IMG/VR virus record: IMGVR_UViG_3300044802_000020
Source of the DNA: a virus
Direction: 5' to 3' (one strand)
DNA length: 46,553 nucleotides
Part shown: positions 42,483 to 46,553 of the stretch, one piece after another
Position numbering within the stretch: position 1 is the stretch's first letter
Layout of the letters: every line of letters starts with the position of its first letter
The notes under the pieces: model-generated
Told to the model about the DNA's origin: nothing
Database searches by the model: none
The model's input: only the letters and a program-made list of their open reading frames with translations
Translations under genes and position numbers: made by a program

Positions 42483-44158
42483 AACTGTACGCCTGTTACA
42501 CCGCGTCTCACCATGCAATGCTGACCTCGCACTTTCTCCCCACGGCCGAGCGTGAATTCGGCAAGGCTGTGTTCTACGACGGCCACCGTGTGCCGTGGTA
42601 CTTGTTTCCCGGCGCACGTTTGTTCGTTCGGAAGATGCTTCAATACACCCCTTCGGGTGCGTTCGACTCGGCCGGCTTTCAACGCACGTGCATCAAGAAA
42701 GTCGAGTTCATCCTTGGAGCGCTGGCGGCAGAAACGGAGCCGTTTATCTTTTCCGACGTGGACGTTCGCTTTTATGGGCCGGTGGTTGATGACCTGGCGA
42801 AGTGCCTCGGCGACTTGGACATGGTTTTTCAGTGGGACGGGCCACGCGGGATAGAGTGCAGCGGGTTCATGGTGTTGAGGCCAAGCCCAAAGTTGCTGCG
42901 ATTCTGGCAAGGCGTGCGCGACCTGATGGCCGAGCGGGGCTACATGGACCAGCCCGCCCTGCACCACAGGCTGGCGAGCGACACCGTGAAGCGGGAAAGC
43001 GACGGCGGGAACATTACGTGGAGGACGCTCCCCGTGCGGTACTGGACATTCGGCCATAGCGACAAGCACTGGACGCCCGGCACGCCGGTCAACCCCCCTA
43101 CGGGTATGCTGGTACACCATGCGAATTGGACCGTCGGCGTCGACAACAAAATGAAGCTTCTCGACGCGGTCTGTAATCACGTCGCTGGAATACGGCCGTC
43201 CGACCCCGCTATTTACCTCGGCGGGAAGCGCATCGAACCGTGTGCGGCGGATCTGTTGACTGTCGTCTCGCCGAAAGAGTCGTATTTCCCCCTAGTCGTG
43301 GAAGGCAAAGGCGTGATTCAGGACGCGAAGATCGTTTTGGACGTAGTCGTGAAGCAGCCCCCGGCGCGCCACATTCCGACGACCGAGGAGATCCAAAACT
43401 GGCGCGACGAAGAAGCCTTGCTCCGACAGACCGCCAAGCATCACGCGCTACCGCTGGCGCTCGTGTTGCAGTTCTGGGAGAAGGACAAGGACGCTGCCCT
43501 ACGGTTGGCCGAGCTGCTCGCCGACATCGAGCCCGAGCCCCGAGATGACGTGCTCTTCGTCTTCGCCGCGCAGCAAGGAACCCAGCTCGAAGCAGCCGAC
43601 GAAAAGCGCATGATCCGCGTAGGTCGGAAGTTTCGGTACACCAAGCTCGTGGCGAAGATCGACCCGCGCAAAGTGTACCCCGGCGTGTGCTTCGACCCAT
43701 GGGCTAGCGCCTTCGCTCAAATCTGTAACGCCTACTACGAAGGAAACCGCATGTGTGGTTCGGCGTTCTTCTTCGAGGCGGACGGCGCACCGATGACGAA
43801 GGACTGGATCGACCGTCTCAAGGCCGCGCACGCCGAGACCAGGCTTCACGGTAAGCGGGCCACCGGCCCACGGATGCGCGAGCACGACCATATCAACGGC
43901 ACCATGATCCTGGATGCGTCCCTGTGGCGGGACCGGCCCAGCCTTCACCAATGCCCCGCCGAAGAGCCGTGGGACATCTGGCACGGCCCGATCTTCATCG
44001 TCGAATCGCACCCCTCGAACATCATCCGCAACGAGTATGGGCTGTCCTACACGCGCGATTCCTTTGCCCAGCTCGGCCGTGAATCGGCTTGGTGCACATC
44101 CTGCAAAGACGGAACCGCCCACCATTGGGCTCGGCAACTCCTCACGCCCCGAAAGTAA
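42479..44158 (+). CDS. Two-domain glycosyltransferase-like protein: an N-terminal nucleotide-diphospho-sugar transferase fold and a second GT-like C-terminal half.
   Basis: 559 aa. The N-terminal half has IFSDVDVRFYGP (DxD), CSGFMVLRPS and DQPALHHRL, as in Nucleotid_trans-type GT-A enzymes. The C-terminal half has FFFEADGAPMTKDWIDRL. Confidence 0.65.
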   Translation: MKLYACYTASHHAMLTSHFLPTAEREFGKAVFYDGHRVPWYLFPGARLFVRKMLQYTPSGAFDSAGFQRTCIKKVEFILGALAAETEPFIFSDVDVRFYGPVVDDLAKCLGDLDMVFQWDGPRGIECSGFMVLRPSPKLLRFWQGVRDLMAERGYMDQPALHHRLASDTVKRESDGGNITWRTLPVRYWTFGHSDKHWTPGTPVNPPTGMLVHHANWTVGVDNKMKLLDAVCNHVAGIRPSDPAIYLGGKRIEPCAADLLTVVSPKESYFPLVVEGKGVIQDAKIVLDVVVKQPPARHIPTTEEIQNWRDEEALLRQTAKHHALPLALVLQFWEKDKDAALRLAELLADIEPEPRDDVLFVFAAQQGTQLEAADEKRMIRVGRKFRYTKLVAKIDPRKVYPGVCFDPWASAFAQICNAYYEGNRMCGSAFFFEADGAPMTKDWIDRLKAAHAETRLHGKRATGPRMREHDHINGTMILDASLWRDRPSLHQCPAEEPWDIWHGPIFIVESHPSNIIRNEYGLSYTRDSFAQLGRESAWCTSCKDGTAHHWARQLLTPRK

Positions 44159-44160
44159 CC

Positions 44161-44676
44161 ATGGCTCGCTGGACAAAGCTTCACGACCTCGCGAGAGCCT
44201 ACGCGCGGAGCACGTGCGACGCCAAGAAGGTGTGGAAGTTCGACCTGTCCTTCAAGCAAAGGATGCGCCAAATGTCGGTCGAATCCGCGTGCTGGGGCTC
44301 GCTTTACGACATCGGGCTACGGGAGCAAGGCGACCACATGAAAGAGCTTGTACGCTACTGCCCCGTGCGCGGCCAAGACGAGAACGCCGAAATCAACTTA
44401 GGCGAGGTGAAAGCTTCTGCGCTTCAGCCGCAACCATCGACATGTAGGCATCCCACGGCCACCGAGGGCCAGGGTCGACGTGCGAGCCCGACTGCGGGTA
44501 AGCCCGCGTCACATCCCAGTGCCCACAGATCCCCCGTCGAGCCTTCAAAAGATCCGAAGGTCCGAGCTTCTCGATTGGGATCTGCCAAGCCTGGCAAAGC
44601 TGCGCCACGAGCCGCGACGAAAGCCGCAGCACCGCCTGCCCGGCCGAAGTCGCCCACTCGGTCGCCTCGGCGATGA
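44161..44676 (+). CDS. Hypothetical protein whose C-terminal 94 codons run antisense through the amidase gene.
   Basis: 171 aa from the ATG at 44161. The first ~80 codons have high GC3 and ordinary composition. No in-frame stop occurs before 44674-44676. The tail is P/A/S/K/R-rich. Confidence 0.5.
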   Translation: MARWTKLHDLARAYARSTCDAKKVWKFDLSFKQRMRQMSVESACWGSLYDIGLREQGDHMKELVRYCPVRGQDENAEINLGEVKASALQPQPSTCRHPTATEGQGRRASPTAGKPASHPSAHRSPVEPSKDPKVRASRLGSAKPGKAAPRAATKAAAPPARPKSPTRSPRR

Positions 44677-45016
44677 TGTCCCCGTCTTCGGTGCGCACTT
44701 CCTTGGTGCGCCCGGCGTGCTCGATGCCTATTCCGCGGGCGTTGGCCTTGGGCGCGTGCCAGGCCACGTCTGCTTCGCGTACGTACTGGTAGACGGCCTG
44801 GGGGTCCACGCCGAAGTGCGCCGACTTGGGCGCGTAGCGTGGCTTCCCTGTGGCCGGATCGACCGACACGTCGAGGTCGCGGAAGACCTCCCCGAGCCTG
44901 CGAGCCATGCCCGGCTGACATGGCAGCTCCATCGTGTGGATCACAATGAGGTCGACCCGCTCACGGTTCGCGTGGTGGAAGCACCGCGCTTGAATGAAGT
45001 TCTGCGTCGCGCTCAT
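44393..45016 (-). CDS. N-acetylmuramoyl-L-alanine amidase endolysin (Amidase_2 / PGRP / T7-lysozyme type).
   Basis: 207 aa from the ATG at 45016, with an ATGA overlap. It contains LIVIHTME, HFGVD, AWHAPKANARGIGIEHAG and GHWDVT...VDPGPRWPWDAY. Confidence 0.85.
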   Translation of the reverse strand: MSATQNFIQARCFHHANRERVDLIVIHTMELPCQPGMARRLGEVFRDLDVSVDPATGKPRYAPKSAHFGVDPQAVYQYVREADVAWHAPKANARGIGIEHAGRTKEVRTEDGDIIAEATEWATSAGQAVLRLSSRLVAQLCQAWQIPIEKLGPSDLLKARRGICGHWDVTRAYPQSGSHVDPGPRWPWDAYMSMVAAEAQKLSPRLS

Positions 45017-45705
45017 GGGGCAGGCTTCGCCAGATTGACGGTGACGGTGCGGCGCTGCGACAGCCAGAAGGCCGCGCGCCGGGCAGGGGCCGAAGTCGTC
45101 TGCGTTGTGATGTAAGCCGCCACACACTTAATTTCAGCAGCGGCCCAGCGGCCGTCAGTCAAAAGCCCTTCCATGCAGGCCGTCGGATCTTTCTCCCCGA
45201 GCCCGTACAAGCACGCGAAGATGCTCTGTACGGCGGCGGAATTCTCCGGATTGACCTTCGCGCAGTCGACCACGTCGGCCAACGCTTGATCGGCCTTCAC
45301 TCCGTGGCAGCCACCAAGGGCGCCTATGATAGCGAAGACCAGCACCGCGGGAGTCACGGGGGGCAGGGTGCCTCGTTGTAAGGCGCGGGCCAGGTAGGTT
45401 GCTCCGGTAGCCACTACGCCAGCCGCGACGGCCGTCTTCGGCGAAACGACGCCCGCCGCACTCGTGGCTATGGCCGCGATGTTGGTCAGGATGGCGCCCC
45501 ACACTTCCGTCGTCGCCAACAGGCTTTTGAGGTCGGCGCCGGCCTTGATTTTCTGCAAGGACCGCACGATCCCGTACATGCCGGCCACCACGGCGACGAG
45601 CAAAGCGGAGAAATTCGGGGGTACGACTTGTTCGTAGGCGAGACCTGTCAAGGCCAGCGCGGACAGAAGCGCGATGGCGAGTGTGAGGGCTTTGGCGCGA
45701 TTCAT
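45013..45705 (-). CDS. Multi-pass membrane protein with a Cys-containing C-terminal domain; holin candidate.
   Basis: 230 aa with 4-5 hydrophobic helices (ALTLAIALLSALALTGLA, ALLVAVVAGMYGIV, VWGAILTNIAAIATSAAGVV, AVLVFAIIGALGG). It lies immediately upstream of the endolysin. Confidence 0.6.
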   Translation of the reverse strand: MNRAKALTLAIALLSALALTGLAYEQVVPPNFSALLVAVVAGMYGIVRSLQKIKAGADLKSLLATTEVWGAILTNIAAIATSAAGVVSPKTAVAAGVVATGATYLARALQRGTLPPVTPAVLVFAIIGALGGCHGVKADQALADVVDCAKVNPENSAAVQSIFACLYGLGEKDPTACMEGLLTDGRWAAAEIKCVAAYITTQTTSAPARRAAFWLSQRRTVTVNLAKPAP

Positions 45706-46061
45706 GGGACGACTCCTTTGGACATGGTGAGGATGGCAGGGGCTGTGCCTGGGATGGAAGAGACGTGTTTTTCTTCCAGGATTTTGAGTACGTCGGTACG
45801 TACGACGTTGCGGATGTCCGAGATCGTGAATCGAAGCAGGAAATAGCCGCTCAATTGAAGGGCGAAAAAGAACCCCATGGCGAAAGCGAAGTCAAGACGG
45901 AACCTTCGTACCCAGCGTTTCACCCAGCAATTATCGTGCATCTGTCTCACGAATAGCTCGGATGCTGGGGTTTCGCTCATCTTGATCAAAGTATCCGAGG
46001 ACAGGGAGTCGATGGACGGGTGCTCGCCAGTGTCGGACAACGCATTGAAGGGCCATGCCAT
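45702..46061 (-). CDS. Single-TM membrane protein of the lysis cassette.
   Basis: 119 aa from the ATG at 46061 (MAWPFNALSD...), with AAAGGAA upstream. The TM segment is FAFAMGFFFALQLSGYFLL. The gene is ATGA-coupled to the next gene. Confidence 0.6.
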   Translation of the reverse strand: MAWPFNALSDTGEHPSIDSLSSDTLIKMSETPASELFVRQMHDNCWVKRWVRRFRLDFAFAMGFFFALQLSGYFLLRFTISDIRNVVRTDVLKILEEKHVSSIPGTAPAILTMSKGVVP

Positions 46062-46092
46062 GGGGTTCCTTTCAGGTAGCGTGTGGCAGCAG

Positions 46093-46553
46093 TCAAACCG
46101 GAGGCTCGAAGACAGGAGGTGACGTTCCTTCGATACGTTGAAGCAAGCAAGTTCCATTGACCGTCGGAGTCTCCCCGGAAATCTGTACCGCCACGCTTCG
46201 ATCTGGCGTGACGGTCACACTTCCCGAGACAAGAAGCTGCGAATTGTGGTGCGCTTCGACCGCGAACGGTACGCTGGCGCTCCCCGTGATGGACAAATTC
46301 GATTGGTTGTAGGTGGAGAGCGTAGAAGCGGCATCGTCGGCCGCTGTGATGCTGGACGCGGTGTCGTCCCACGCGTAGCACATAGCCGTCGCGCTCCCCG
46401 CGAAGTCCACCGTCGCGCGCGAAGAACGGCGAAGATGGATCTCTGGGTGCGCCGAGCCCTGCACCGTCAAGGCCGCAACGTCGCCGGCAGCGTTGATTTC
46501 CACGCGCCCCGAGCTGGTCTCGTCGAAGGTTACCGCCCAAGCCACATCCGCCG
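46093..46553 (-). CDS. Beta-solenoid-like repeat protein, C-terminal part of the junction-spanning 302-aa ORF (see 1..575).
   Basis: The tracked ORF 46093..46545 begins at an internal GTG. The frame stays open to the window edge and continues, through the 127-bp repeat, to the ATG at 575. Confidence 0.8.
   Translation of the reverse strand, partial: ADVAWAVTFDETSSGRVEINAAGDVAALTVQGSAHPEIHLRRSSRATVDFAGSATAMCYAWDDTASSITAADDAASTLSTYNQSNLSITGSASVPFAVEAHHNSQLLVSGSVTVTPDRSVAVQISGETPTVNGTCLLQRIEGTSPPVFEPPV
46427..46553. repeat. Terminal direct repeat, right copy, identical to 1..127.
   Basis: Exact 127-nt identity read off both ends. Confidence 0.97.

Overview
The window is a complete, circularly closed genome of a high-GC tailed dsDNA phage. 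Its first and last 127 bp are identical, leaving 46,426 bp of unique sequence. The tail is contractile (myovirus type), since both sheath and tube genes are present.

There are three transcription blocks:
1. A minus-strand late operon starts at the small terminase (22918). It runs through large terminase, portal, head morphogenesis, protease/scaffold, decoration protein, major capsid, connectors, sheath, tube, a -1 frameshifted tail chaperone, tape measure, baseplate and a fibre cluster. It then crosses the contig junction into a beta-solenoid-like protein and a lysis cassette that ends at 44393.
2. A plus-strand early/replication operon spans 26310-44676. It encodes an RHH regulator, a Toprim-SF3 primase/helicase, an HNH nuclease, a sigma-region-4-like protein, a mini-DnaJ, a low-GC accessory patch with a repeat-containing lipoprotein, an ASCH protein, dTMP kinase, family-A DNA polymerase, a Cas4-like nuclease, VRR-NUC, an SNF2 helicase and a two-domain glycosyltransferase-like protein.
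3. A small convergent island (22980-25965) holds a PAPS-reductase-like protein, a ParB-like protein, a SAM methyltransferase, a Cys-rich protein and two small proteins. It looks like an uncharacterised nucleic-acid modification module.

The other second-look items are:
- a 107-nt tRNA-like element that will not fold as a canonical tRNA
- a Thr-rich 649-aa fibre-cluster protein with a signal-peptide-like N-terminus
- a 284-nt convergent gene overlap
- a ~34% GC divergent control region
- three likely genes missing from the ORF track

I saw no integrase, rRNA or CRISPR array. All functional calls come from motif recognition and gene order read by eye; no database search or structure prediction was run. 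Many gene starts were moved downstream of the tracked ORF starts to ATGA/GTGA-coupled start codons.
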